Assembly: GCA_905178155.1 (NCBI GenBank)
Contig: CAJINV010000004.1
Coordinates: forward strand, 6,240,828-6,304,827
Reading direction: 5' to 3'
Length of the DNA stretch: 64,000 nt
Source: Amoebophrya sp. A120
Taxonomy: Eukaryota > Protista > Dinoflagellata
The position numbers and the translations under genes are program-made. Positions 50,891-63,085 of the stretch are shown here, piece after piece (within the stretch, counting starts at the first letter, position 1; each line of letters opens with the position of its first letter). The notes under the pieces are model-generated. The model did not search any database and was not told the origin of the DNA. It was given only the letters and a program-made list of their open reading frames with translations.

Positions 50891-53800
50891 TTAGATGTTG
50901 GTGGCCATCTGGAGCTTGACGATTTCGTCCTTTAGCAACGCGTCGGAGTCGTGCAGGAGAAACTTTATCCTGTGCAAAAGTATCGCACTCGTAGTAATTG
51001 TATTTATGCATTACAAATCTCTTTTTCAAGGCAGATCAGCATTGCAAATTCAATTTGTAATGCTGGGCTAATTTGTAATGCAATTTATACTAGTGCGATG
51101 CTTTTGCATTGCATAAACTTCTCCTGGCAGCAATTCTCCCACTCTTCGACCTTCTGCAGCAATTCCTCGACCAGTTTCTCTTTTTTGCGCCGCAGCCGAT
51201 TCCGCTGCTGTTCCTCCTGCAAGAGCAAAATCGAGTTGCCCTGTCATGAGGTGATGTGAAGATTTAGGGTTCTTTCTTTGATGCCGCGAGCTAAGTTCCT
51301 TCTTTTTATGAGCAAAAAACCTCTCATGCAAAGATGAAAAGAGTAGGTAGGAGCTACATTGCGACTACGACTGCCTACCACGAAACACCGCACGAAAAGG
51401 ATGTTTCAAATTTAAGCACAAGAGTCAAGTCATCTCAAAGACAGCCTCTACCTTGAACCGATCCGCGCCTTTCTCCTGCGTGTTGGCTTCAAACTCCCTT
51501 ATTTTGGTTTTCAGCTGCACGCACTGGTCGTATTTGCGCAAGATGATCGCCCGCGCCTCCGTCTTCACCCGCAGGTGGTGACATTCTCGACGCACAAGCA
51601 ACAACGCCTTCAGCGGGCTTTGCCTCAGCAGCGTAAAACCGGCGAAATGGGGCGAACTGCCAGGGCTGGCGCTGGAAGGTGGTCCGAGGAAGCTGCCAAA
51701 CGTGGTGGAATAGGAATTGCCTTGCGAGGATGAACTATCGTGGTCCAAAGTCACAGTTGTACTACTCGAGGAAGTTGATGCGTCCACTTCCTCGCGCAGC
51801 GACACTGCGAATGTGGCAAACACGTCCGCATCCAGCTGCTGACAAGTCTCAGAGGAGAGTCCTCCTGCAGCTATTCCGCCCGCTCCGAACAACGTTGGTC
51901 TACTACTTGTAGTTTCACTGGGAGTTGTACCAGTATCGTTCTTCTCAACACCGCTAAGATGAATCATTCCTGCCCCGTTGTTTATCGGCGTCGAGGTCGT
52001 ACTACTTGCCGCGGAATGGGAATCCGTGCCAGAACTTTTACAACCGGTCCCGTTGAGCAGGCTCTTCACCCGGGCGGTGAACCCGTTTCTCTCCTCCTCC
52101 GGGGTCTGCAGTTCCTCCCACAATTCCGCAAGCTCGACGCGGGCGCCGGCCACTTCCGCCCGGCACTCCTCCTGCAGCCGCTCGAGCTCCAGTTCCAGTT
52201 TTCGTACTTCGAAAAACGAGCAGGGAGTTGATGAAATGACGCTTTGAATTTCCTGCTCTGATGTTCTACTTGACGAGCTTTGCTTCTTGTCTTTGTTTTT
52301 CGGCGTATTCCCCGTTTTCTTACTCAGATCCACAACAACTACCGGTGTGGACGTCGCAGAGGAGCTTGAGTTTGATGCTCCCTGCTGCTGCCCACGATGC
52401 TTGGCCGCCCGTGCGTCGGAGAGGGATTTTATCTGGATAGAAGACGAGTTGCTTTCCTGGTGGTCTACTCCACTCGACGCATCGGAAGTGGTCTGATGTG
52501 GCGTTGTTGTACTAGTACTGGCACCCTGCTTACTGCCAAAAGAACCCCCTCCAAACGAACCGCCAGTTACTTGTTGCTCTTGCGACAAGCCCGGTCCTTG
52601 TTGTTCCAATCGGTTGTTGTAGCGCGAAATCTCCTTTTGCAGCTTCTGCTTCACGTGTGCGACGGCTCTCTTGACCAGCTGCAGTTCCTGGTTGCGCTGT
52701 GCAACTTCGCAAAGGAGATGCTCGCTCCTTTGGTTCGACGCCTTTAGTACACCACTTCCCGATGATCCTCCAGCTACCGACGGAGCAAGTGTCGTAGCCT
52801 CACCAGCTCCGGCTCCTCCGGGCAGTGTTGAGGCAACTACTCCACCTGGCGTTAGCAAGTTGCTCGCTTTTTCCTCATCCGTCAGACTCGCTATCTCTCC
52901 GTCGACAAAGAGGCGAAGCTCCACTCCGCTCATGGGCGCCCACAGTGTTTTCGGTGGCTGTAGGAAAGTCGCGTCGTGCGCTTCTTGCAGGGAAAAATCG
53001 TTTTGCTGCTGCTGCACGGACGCGAGGGTGCGGGGTCCGGGGGTGAAGGAGGCATAGTTGTACTTTGATGTCGCCTGCGTAGAGGAGCTACTGCTGCTCT
53101 TCGACACCAGTACCACATCCGATGCTCTCGACGTCGTTGATGTGCTAGCAGATGACTGCCGTTCCGCGCGACCATTTGCAGGATCAACATCAACCTCGGC
53201 TTGCTCTTCACCTTCAGCCGGGATGTTGCAGGATCCACCACCATACACGAGCCACTTCTTTGCGATCCTTCCTCCCACCGCTTTCGTTCCCGCCGGGACG
53301 AGGTAGAGCTCCTCCGCTAGCAAGCGCAACTGGCTGACCTGTTCGGTCAACACATCCTTTGCCACGTGCTGCAGTTTCTGCAGCCGTTCGTGCAGCGGCA
53401 GTGGGGTAGTTGGTACGACAGCAGCTGAATTCTGCTCCGATAGAGAACTGGAAGAGGAAGATGCTGCAGCTCCTCCGATGGGGTGAAAGACGAGTCCATT
53501 TGCTGGCCCGGTAGATGAACTTGAGCTTGATGACGTTCCGAGATCTCCTTGATGCTTCTGCGGAGACAAGGTCAACACAGAATACTTGTCAAGCACTGCG
53601 GTCAAAGCGGAAGGCTTTTTCCCCCGCGTCGCAGTGGAGGCAAGGATGTTTCCCTTCAGCAAGGACGCATTTATGTTGAAACTACCTGGTGTATTATTTA
53701 CGGCGTTGCCGTTGGCGCCACATGGCTGCTGTAGCTGCTGGTGTTGTTCTGTCGATGAGTGCGACGTTGATGTTGAACTACCCTGGTTATAAAACCCGTT

Positions 53801-56800
53801 CTGCTTCACAGTGGTTGCTAGCCGGACGTCATATTTCGAGAGCAGTTCCGGGAAACTGCTTGCAGCCGGTAGTTGTAAGGAGCCACTTGCAGTTGATGTG
53901 CCACCGGTATTCAGTGCTTTGCCCGATGCGCCACTGCCACTTGTGTAGTTCTTGCCACCGCTCGCCGAGAAGGTACCAGTAGATGCTGAAGTTGTACCAG
54001 AACCCCCAACTGTAATCGAGTAGCACTTGGACAGCCCCTCCTCGAGCCGACCGGCTTCTTTTCTCAGCTGATACCACCGGTACTCTTGGTGCTCCAACTC
54101 GTGGGCGCAGATGTCAATGACCCGCTTCTCCAGAATCGACAGCTGGGCTTTCTGCTTCTCCGCGCCCATGCCCACGTCCGACCAAATGTCAAACAGTAGA
54201 GCTTGCGCTTTCGCCAAAATTGCCGGCAAGGGGCTGGGCTGTGGTTGCGAAACGGTCGCACTAGCACTGGAGCTGCCTGACGACTGGGTACCACTGCTGC
54301 TCTCACTCGTCTTTTTACTGCTGGCTGCGCTGGCCGCGATGGCTTCGTCCGCTAACTCGTAGAGCAACTTGCTCAGCGTGCCCGCTGCGGGCTTCGAGGA
54401 TGATGTTTTAGATCGTTTCGATGATCCTGGTACGACGAGTGTTGTCGCGAGAGATCCCGAAGTTCCTGATCCACCACCAGGAGTTCCACTATCCAAGTCT
54501 TCCATGATGTGGTCACCAGGAGCTCCTCGACTCAGATCATGATCCAAAAAGCTGTTTCTACTACTACTGCTTGCTTGCTCCGCTATCAGCGCCGCGTTTT
54601 CTCGCCGCAAGTCGGTAACGGTTTCTTTCAACTGATTGAGTTCGTCCTGCAGGTGATCTGCGGTCGAGTCACGACCTTGCGGGGGGAATATCCTCGCTGT
54701 ACTGGCGCTTGGTTCATCCGCAGGTCTTGTCCCGCTTTGCCGCAGCTCGTCGTTTTGTTTGCGCAGGTCGAAGTTCTGCTCTTGTAGGAGCCGCAACTGC
54801 TCCGAACGCAGATCCTCCTCATTATGGTGATTTCCGGTCAACAGTGAGGATTTCTTGCCATTGCCACTGCCTGGCTTATTCTGTTTTGCCGGAGAGGTGG
54901 ACGTTGCACTAGGGCCGGCAGAGTTCCCTTCTACCTGCGTAGAAGAGGTAACACCACCTTGCACTTCGTTTAGCAAAGCCAGTTCCTTCTCCACGTGCAG
55001 CCGCTGTATTTCCGCCAGCTCCCTCTCCGCTTCCTGCTGCTGGACGTCCAAACGCTGCTGCAAGTCGGTCTGCACCAACTGTCCCTGCTCGATCTCAGCC
55101 TCCAGCGACTGCAGGCGCGTTTTGAGCGCTTTCGCCTCGGAGAACGCCTCGTCCAATTGGTCCAGCGCTGCCACGCACACCGTGGCCACGTTGCGGTGCG
55201 ACTGCAGCTTCTCAAATAGCTTCGCCCCGAAGGATGTTGTAGCACCTGCTCTATCGCCAGTACCACTAGCAGGCCACCTTGAAGTAGTAGAACTACAAGT
55301 AGCGCTGCTGCTAGTGGAAGTACCTGTACCATTATCCCCTTGCAGTAACTCTGCGAGCTCCTTTTGCGTTTCGGCGATCCGGTCGGTGTCGTACTGGAGC
55401 TCGGCTTGCAACGTTTCTTTCTCCTCCCGCAGCATTTGTTCGTCGTCGCCGTTGGTCAACAGCTGCTTTTGCAGCTCTTCGTTTAACTGCTGGAGTTGCG
55501 AAACCTTATCGTCCCGCTCTCGCAGGTCTCTTTCCAGTTTCGTGTTGGCGTCCTTCAGCCGTTGTGCGCGGGCCATCTCGCGCTCCACCCACAATTTTCG
55601 CTGCGCGATCTCCCCGCTTAGCAGCTGCGTTTTGTTCGTTGCATTGGAGGTTTGTTCAACACCTCCCGCTGTAGTACCACTAGTAGTACTGCTCCCGCGG
55701 GGATGTTGCAGTTGCGTCGAGCCGCTGGAATGTCTAGTTCCAACCGGCGTTGCTGCGTTAGAAGCTGCAGCTGTACTATTCCACTTCAAACCACCAAGTC
55801 CGAGTGGTGTTCGCGGCTGCGAGGTTCCAACCAGCAAGGGCGTCGCAGCCCCGGACCGGAGCGTGGACGTCGACCCACCACTGACATTCGCGGGGTAGGT
55901 TACCGGCGTGCCCGCGAGCACCTGTTGCCTCCGGATTTTACTGGTCAGCGCGTTGTTTTCCTCCTGCAGGTTTTTGTACTTGGCCTGCCACTCCTTCTTC
56001 CACTTCCGGAACCGGTTCTCCTCCTGCCGCACCCGGTGCTGGATGGTGTCGCGCTGGCCCCGGAGGCGCGCGATCTCGTCGCCCATCTTCAGCATCCTCC
56101 GTTCCTGCGCCTCCTTGGCGCGAAACAGCCGCTGCGCCTCCTGCTGCTGCCGTTGCAGCTGCGTCAAGTGCCGGTTAACCTCCGCGAGCTTGCCCTGTAG
56201 CAGCGCCTGCTTCTGATTAGAACTACTACTTACCGGCGTTGGAGTTGTTGTAGCACTACCAGACAGCGGACCAGTGGTGGTACTACTGCCCTTTTCCGAG
56301 ATTTCCTTTTCCAGTTTCAACTTGTCCGCTTGCACATTCGCGATTTGGTCCTCGAGCTCCTTGCACCGGGACTCGTAACGCTGTTTCATGCTGTAAAATG
56401 CCCTTTCCTGGAAACAGAGCTGCTCCATCAACTTCTCTTTTTCTGCTATAGCCTTCTCCAAATCCACCATGCGCTCCTGCAAATTTATCAAAGGGAAAAA
56501 TCCCCCCTCCCCATATCGAAAAGGCACGTCTCAAGAAATTTGTAATGCTGATTGGTGACCACAGATCGTCTCTGTCTTGCAAGAACGCAACCCCACAGGC
56601 TCCGCCGCATTCTGCAGGCGGTTTGTGATGCTGTTGGCCCTACAGACTAGACGTTTGCCATGCTCAGCGCCTAGCCCAAAACCTCCCTACTCAGGGTCAG
56701 CATAGGCGTGCAGGCCTCTCTAGCAGGACAAATCTGATTTGTGTACGCAAATCCAGCATCAGAAACTTCGTTTTGATATGGGGAGGGGGGATTTTTCCTC

Positions 56801-59800
56801 ACAATAAAATTCTGCTGCTCCTTCCGAAACGTCTCTTCCTCGGCCTGATCCGTGGCCGCGTGGGTGAGGTCCTCGAGCTCATCCATGTCCAGGGGCGGCT
56901 CTTCCGCTGCAGAAGCTGTGGCGGCGCTGCCGGTATTGTTTGATGTTGCCTCTCGAGGAGCTGTGTTGGCAACGAGGATCTGTTGCGATGAAGATGCATC
57001 GACGAGGACCTGCGCGCGACTCTGTGCGATCACGCGCTGCAACTCGGAACTGTTGTTGTTTGCGATCTTCTGATCGGCCACCGCTTTTTGCAGTCTGCTC
57101 TCTAAATTCCGAATCCGCTTTTTCTGGTCGTCGATCTCTTTCAAGTACGCTTTCAAAGCTTTTTTCTCCAAGTCACCTTCCCCGTTGCTCGCCAAATCGT
57201 TTGTGTCACCATCGTCGTCAGTCGTGAACAGCTTACTGGCCATGAAATTGTGCTGCGCCCGCAGTTTCTCCGTTTCCTCCGAGGCCTCGCGCAGCTTGAT
57301 TTTCAATTCGGTGTTTTCGCTCTGGAGCTGTTTGTTCTCTTTTCCAAACCGGTCCAGCTGCTCCCGCAGTTCCGCCACCACGTCGGAAATCTGCCCGTCG
57401 GAACGCATCGTAGCCGATGTAATTCCGCCGGCACCACGGCCGCTCATGTCCGTTTTCGCAATCAACAGTTCCAGCTGCAGCTCCTGGATGCGCTATCCAA
57501 CAAAAAAACTCTGTTCGTGTAACTTTGCTTGGCTGACAGCATCACAAATTTGCTCTACATGACAGCGAAAACCGGTCATGCGTTGCTTGTAAGGGAAAAC
57601 ACACATGAAAAGAGGACTTCATGGCTGTCTGGCATGACAGGCGTAACTCTGTTGCATGTTCTGCATATACAAAGTTACACTTACACAGTTTTTTTCTTGC
57701 ATATGCGCTGCTTCATTTTCACCAGTTCTGCGTCCTCCACGTTGAGATTTTGGGAAACTTTGTTCTTAATATTGCGCGCACGGTTGGCGTACCTGGGTTG
57801 GTGGAGTTTTTTTGTCGACAAGGCGATAGGTATTGAACATCCAACCATAATTGAACTGAACACGATCAATTGCGATTCCTTTTTCATTTGGTAGAAAGAA
57901 AACTCGTAGGCCACGGCGGATCATCGATCAACAAGCAGCAAAAAAACAAGTACTTACTTCAATGTGTTCAAACTTTCTCCGAAGTTGACGTCTGCCGGAC
58001 TGACGCACGCGAGCATTACGGTCCGGGAATTCCCCCCCAGACTGTCCTGCAGGAGCCGGGTGAGGCGGGAATCGCGATACGGCACGTGCGCCTTGTTCAG
58101 ACTCGCGTCCCCGAGCGCCGCAATCACGTTTCCTAGTGCGAGCAGGCCCTCGTTAATCGCACGAAAAAAGTACTACAGGTACACACTTGTTGTCAATTCA
58201 GCAACACATATTTCTCTGCATGAGAGAGAAAACTTGCAATGCAGAAATCCTAAGGGAAAACACCTATGAAACGAAGCACCTATGCATATCCGGCATGACA
58301 GAGCTGCTCTGTCTTGCTTGGCCTGCAACACAATGTGTAACTGCAACACTTTTTTCTTGCGATATGGTTGATCGCCACGCCCTCCCGGAACCGGTCCCCC
58401 ATCGTGCCGGTCTTTTTCACGCGCTCGGACCCGGCAAGGTCCACAAACCGCAGCTTTGCCGTCAGGCAGTCGCCGTCCTGCTTCTGCCGTTCCACAACGA
58501 CGGAAAACACCGCGTGAGACCTTTTCATTCGAGTTCGATGGGGAGTTGATGTTGTCGTATTGTTTTCATTTCTTGATCAGGTCTAGCGGGAATAAGGATC
58601 GAATTGGAATTCCTGGCCATTTGTAGAAGAGAGACCTCTACGTCAGAAAACAACATATACCTCGAGGAGTAGTCGTTCATTAGAGTTGCGCCGGTGGTTC
58701 TGTACACAGCACCCCGGTCCAGAACTTTCAGGAGGTCACTGGCCGTTCGCACCTCCACTTCGCGGAGTCCGGAAACGACGACGCCTTGGCGGGGTTTCAA
58801 ATAGCCTTCAACAAATACCGAGTGTCTAGAAAGAAATAGCAACAACATGAATCGGGCACTAACTCGTGCGGCCACAGCAGGTGGAACGCGACAACTGCAT
58901 ACAGCGACTTACGTAGGGCTAGGGAGCAGCAGCTAACAAAACAATTATTCTTCCAAATTTTCATCTCCCTACAGCATTCTTTTTAACCTCTTACCTCGTT
59001 CCCTGTCTTCCCGAATCACAAGCCCCTGCAAAGAAGAAGACGAAGCCCCCGCCGCTCCACCACTAGAAGTTGCTGTACTTGCAGCCGACAGGCTGCTGTG
59101 CATTGCAAAAGCATCGCACTAGTATAAATCGCATGACAAATTTTCTCAGCATGAGAAACTGAATTTGTAATGCAGATTTGCCTTGAGAAAGAGATTTGTA
59201 CTGCACGATTGCAATTACTACGAGTACGATACTTTTGCACAGGATAGCTGCTACTAGCCAGCAAGTCCTTCAACTCCTCGTTGTGGAGTTCGAGAAAACT
59301 GCACCGCACCAAAAACTTCTCCGTCTTCCGCTTTTCCATTTCCGCGAACAAGCACTGCACGAACTTGGGGATCATGCCCGACTGCGCGTCCCCCAGCCCG
59401 TTGTGGACCGCCTGCGCAAAGCTGCCCAGGGTGTAGGTCTTCCCCGCGCTGGTCTGCCCGTAGGCGAGCAGACTGGCGTTGAGCCCCTCGAAGACGCCGG
59501 GCACCAACGGGCGGCAGCACGTCTCAAACACTTGCTGCTGTGTCGAATCGGTGCCGAACACGTAATCAAAGGTGTACCGCTGCTGCCCAATCGCAACAAC
59601 CGGGTCGAAGTGGGGTGTTGCGAGTGTTGAGTGTAACGCCCCCGCCGACGTAGTTGCAGGGTTGCTGTTGTCCAGCGAACTGCTGCCATTCGGACAAACA
59701 ACGCACTCCGCGCACCCGTTCTGGGCCTCGCGGCTGATCAGCGGGCGGATCCGAACCGCTACTTGCACCCGCTCCATCGTAGAAGCTGCGTTGTCCGCAG

Positions 59801-61553
59801 GAGGCGGATCGTGGTCGGCGATATAGCTGAGCTGCTCCGTGCTTGGTTTGGTGTCTTCCATGACTTGCGAGCCGTCCTCAGCAAAGTCACAATCTGCTTT
59901 GCCTCCTGCTGCGGGTGATATTAGAGTTGTATCTTCCGACGACCCGGCAGCCTTCATACTCGAGCTAGGCCCAAACCCAGTTTGTCCTACAAGCTGCATC
60001 GATGTTGAAACTTCTGGTTTATTCGTTACCGCGACGGGCGAGAACCTGGGTTGTGCCAACCGGCTTCGAGCGGAGGTCACCACGACCGGGTCTGAGGTAG
60101 TGGACGGCACAGTCTGTGGCTCCTCACCTGTTCGCGGGGTTGTCGTTGCCGCGGCTGCAGCTTTCGCGAGGTATTTTTCCTTCAGCTTTTGCACGTCCTC
60201 AACCGAGGTTGTTGTGGTCTTGTTGCCGACAAAGGTCTGCGGCAACATCGGTGAGAGGACCGTGTGTGCCTTCTCTTCATGCGCCAAAAGTTCCGAGTCG
60301 TCCTCGCTCGGCACCTCTCCTCCGGAATCGCTCTCCGCTGGAACATTAGCTTCCAGCTGGCGCTCATTGGTGTCGACAAAAAACGCGGCCTCGTTGGTAG
60401 TTGCAAACGTAGCAATTTCGGACCCACAATGAAGATCTCCGCCACTTGGCCTGACGTAGGAAGAGCCCGAAGTAGCTGGTGCTGGAGCGGCTCCTGCTCC
60501 CGCTCCGCCGCCGAAGCTATAAACTCCGGTCCGCTCCTGCGGTGCCACTTGCGCCGAAGGGAGAACATCAAAACTCCTGTTCTTGCTGCTCACACGAGAA
60601 GAGGAAGCGGCCGGATCACCACGCAGTGGCAGTCTACTTTCTGCAGTGTTTATTGATGAAATATCTTCGTTTGTGTCCCCGTTTATCGCCGACGTGGCCT
60701 GCTGGGTCGTCCTCGTCGTCCTGCCGGAAGCAGGGTACTCTACAACTCCTCGCGCCGAATGCAAACTGAAATTTTCGGAAAGCTTGATTCTTTTCCGGGC
60801 CTCGTCCACACGCTGCGAAAGTTCTGCCATGTACGACCCCGTGAGCGAAATCGACGCACTTGAAGTCGTCGACGGGGCTGCACCAAATGTTGTCGCCGAA
60901 ACAAGACTGGTTGTTGTACTCGTCGCGGCGGCGGAAGCAGAAGCCGTACCAACCGATGAACCACCGAGCTGTTGCACCACCTCTCGGTGCCTCTCCACGG
61001 GCGACGGCGCGACCGCCACTGGAAGATCCACTGCCGAGGAAGAGGTAGCGGGGCTGCGTCCGGTGATTGCGCCGCCGTGCGGCTCCCGAGCCATGGTGCG
61101 CGGCGGTGGCCAGAATGTTGCTGCTGAAGAACGCTCTTGCTGGTCAGCGGCAGAAGTCTGCACAGAGGTGGTGGTGGGGGCTCCTGCAGATGTTGACGAT
61201 TGTGCTGTCTTAATATTACCGGTTCTGGCGCTGGAGGACGACGAAGAAGACCCTCCGGCTTGGAGAATGGAATACTTTGCCGGGTCGATGTGGTAGGTGC
61301 GCGCTGCTGCCCCATTTTTGCCGTGGTACAACGGCTTTTGGTGGAGCTGTAACTGGTGACGCTGCGCAGAATGGGGGTGTTGCTCCTCGTCCACGAGCTG
61401 CCCTGTTGTAGCTGAAACGGTCGCGGCTCCGTGTTGGGTCGTCGAGAGTAGTCTGGAGCGCTGGTCCAACCCCGAGTCGACGAGAAGCCGTTCTCTCTGC
61501 GAAGGACTCACCGGAGCGCGCCGGCCCCGGGACGGAGATGCACGCTGTGTCAT
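50891..61553 (-). CDS. Kinesin-4-like motor (KIF4/KIF21/KIF27 type) with long coiled coil and C-terminal MAP65/Ase1/PRC1-like region
   Basis: [17 protein letters not shown]-loop [16 protein letters not shown]|[37 protein letters not shown]|[10 protein letters not shown]; C-terminus RFK|[25 protein letters not shown]|LLH. Five introners and about 4 GT-AG introns. Confidence 0.9.
50966..51115. mobile_element. Introner, family D
   Basis: TSD aactt; removal gives QEKF|LLHD. Confidence 0.9.
56486..56806. mobile_element. Introner, family F (internal sequence inverted relative to 35025 and 42158)
   Basis: TSD aaatt; removal gives EQQN|LQERM. Confidence 0.9.
57494..57703. mobile_element. Introner, family G
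   Basis: TSD tgcgc; removal gives MKQRI|QELQ. Confidence 0.88.
58155..58364. mobile_element. Introner, family G
   Basis: TSD tcgtt/tggtt (4/5); removal gives VAIN|(E/Q)GLLALG. Confidence 0.85.
59097..59246. mobile_element. Introner, family D (inverted relative to 50966-51115)
   Basis: TSD gctgc; left end TG instead of TA. Confidence 0.88.
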
Positions 61554-62890
61554 GCTCAAAGTAAAAAGGAGGGAACTTTTATCGAAGAGCCGAGTTGTTC
61601 TTCCCGTGCTGTGTTCTCTGTCTATGGTGCCTCGTTCACGTGTTGAGCACTACAAATTTCGGAAAAAGTGTCGAAATATAGACGAACCAGAAGCACAAGA
61701 AAAACGAGCTGAGGAGCAAACAGGTGGTAATAGCTTTCAAGCTCTGAAAAGTAGGGACGTGGAGAGGCAGCTTTTTTTTTCCTCTTTGCTCTCGAAGACC
61801 TCCGCTTTCAGCTACAGCAGAAGCTTGTGAGATAGACGGCTTCGCTCTTTACAGCTCGGTGTACAGGCCAGCAGACGAGGGAGGTGGGCGTGAAGGTGAA
61901 GGTGTGCGAAAGGAGGTCTGTGATAAAATTTTGAAATTTCGGCACCACTCAACATTTGCACGGTCGCGAACACAAAAGCCTGGGTGGCATCAGAGCAAGA
62001 CCATCGACCCATCGCTACAGCGACGCCACTTGCGGCCCTGCCACTAAGACAGGACCCCCTGCTTGGCTTCTAGTTGGTTCTTGCGTGACAAGTAGCGCGC
62101 TACTGTGGTATTAAGCCATCACTCGGCCCCGTATGTCGGGGCCAAGCAATACACGAATCAAAGTCTGCCGTATGCGAGCGACATTGATGGAGCCAGCGAT
62201 GCGGGGCAGGCGGTCGGTATATCCAACCAAGCAACTGGCCCAACGCGGCCACTGCAAGTGGGCACACCGGACGCATACTGCCGGGGCGCCCGTGCAGGCG
62301 CACGCGTGCGCGTGGGTGGCGTGGCCGGCGGGGCCGCACCAAGCGCGCCCGCCGAAGAGCTAGGCGGCCAATGTTCGCCCGCGTAGGGCCCCCGGGCAAA
62401 CAACGCGGAGGGCCCTGGCGCGCGGCCGGGCCCAAAGCTGCGGCGCGCATGCGGGCCGGGGCCGGCCGCGCGAATACTTACTGAAAGCACTCCCCAGCTC
62501 CGCGCGCCCCTAAAATCAGGCGGAAAACGCCCGGGCGGTTTTCCTTTCTAATAGTTCTCTAATTTTTCCGGTTTTGAAAAAAAAAGGCCCACCCAGATTC
62601 CCCATCGGCGGACCAGGCGAAGAACGTCAGTGGGAAGGAGAGCCCAGCGAGGCGCGGAGGCAATGTCGCGAAGAGGAGAAACCCAGACCATGCTAAAGAC
62701 ATCCCCAAAGAGCAAAGCTGGCGGCCCACTAGACGATACGCCAAAACGCATCGGCACAACCCCGACCACCGAGAGGAAAAATGCCGCGGCTCGAATGACA
62801 TTTCCGACGAGGAAATCGCCACGGCCTGACGAGATGGACTGCCCACAAGACCTTGCGCATCCAATCTCCGCTCTCCCCTCTGCAGTCGCC

Positions 62891-63085
62891 CTCTAATTTC
62901 GCCCTCTAAAGTTGTCCTCTCATTTCCCTCTCTAAAGTCGGCCTCTAATTTTGCCCTCTAAAACGCGTCTCTAAAATGCGTCTCTAAAACGCGTCTCTAA
63001 AATGGCCTTCTAAAATCGGCCTCTAAAAGTGGTCTCTAAAAGTGGTCTCTAAAAACCACCTCTAAAACCCAACTCTAATTTTTTC
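62891..63085. repeat. Tandem array of 15 x 13-bp units (core CTCTAA + variable 7 nt)
   Basis: Core at 62891, 62904, 62917, 62930, 62943, 62956, 62969, 62982, 62995, 63008, 63021, 63034, 63047, 63060 and 63073 (single mismatches at 62917 and 63008); further scattered and inverted copies to about 63300. Confidence 0.9.

Noticed and set aside
3053-59246. CRISPR-like repeat-spacer arrangement
   Set aside because: The repeats are inverted pairs bounding dispersed elements inside eukaryotic genes; spacing is irregular and there are no cas genes.
4271-61296. Numerous long plus-strand ORFs (e.g. 4271-5407, 35907-36866, 54855-55898)
   Set aside because: Antisense shadows of GC-rich minus-strand exons; no recognisable motifs.
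19180-61553. Functional clustering (Aurora with kinesin-4/PRC1; PHF5A with XRN; PPT next to a potentially palmitoylated adhesin)
   Set aside because: The genes are interspersed with unrelated ones, and co-orientation is expected in this lineage; no evidence beyond chance without synteny data.
2870-61553. Genes being pseudogenes disrupted by MITEs
   Set aside because: Catalytic motifs are intact, and I found no stops or frameshifts in the reconstructed exons beyond the cleanly removable elements.
62891-63085. True telomeric repeat
   Set aside because: The period is 13, not 7, the core is CTCTAA rather than CCCTAAA, and the array is internal.
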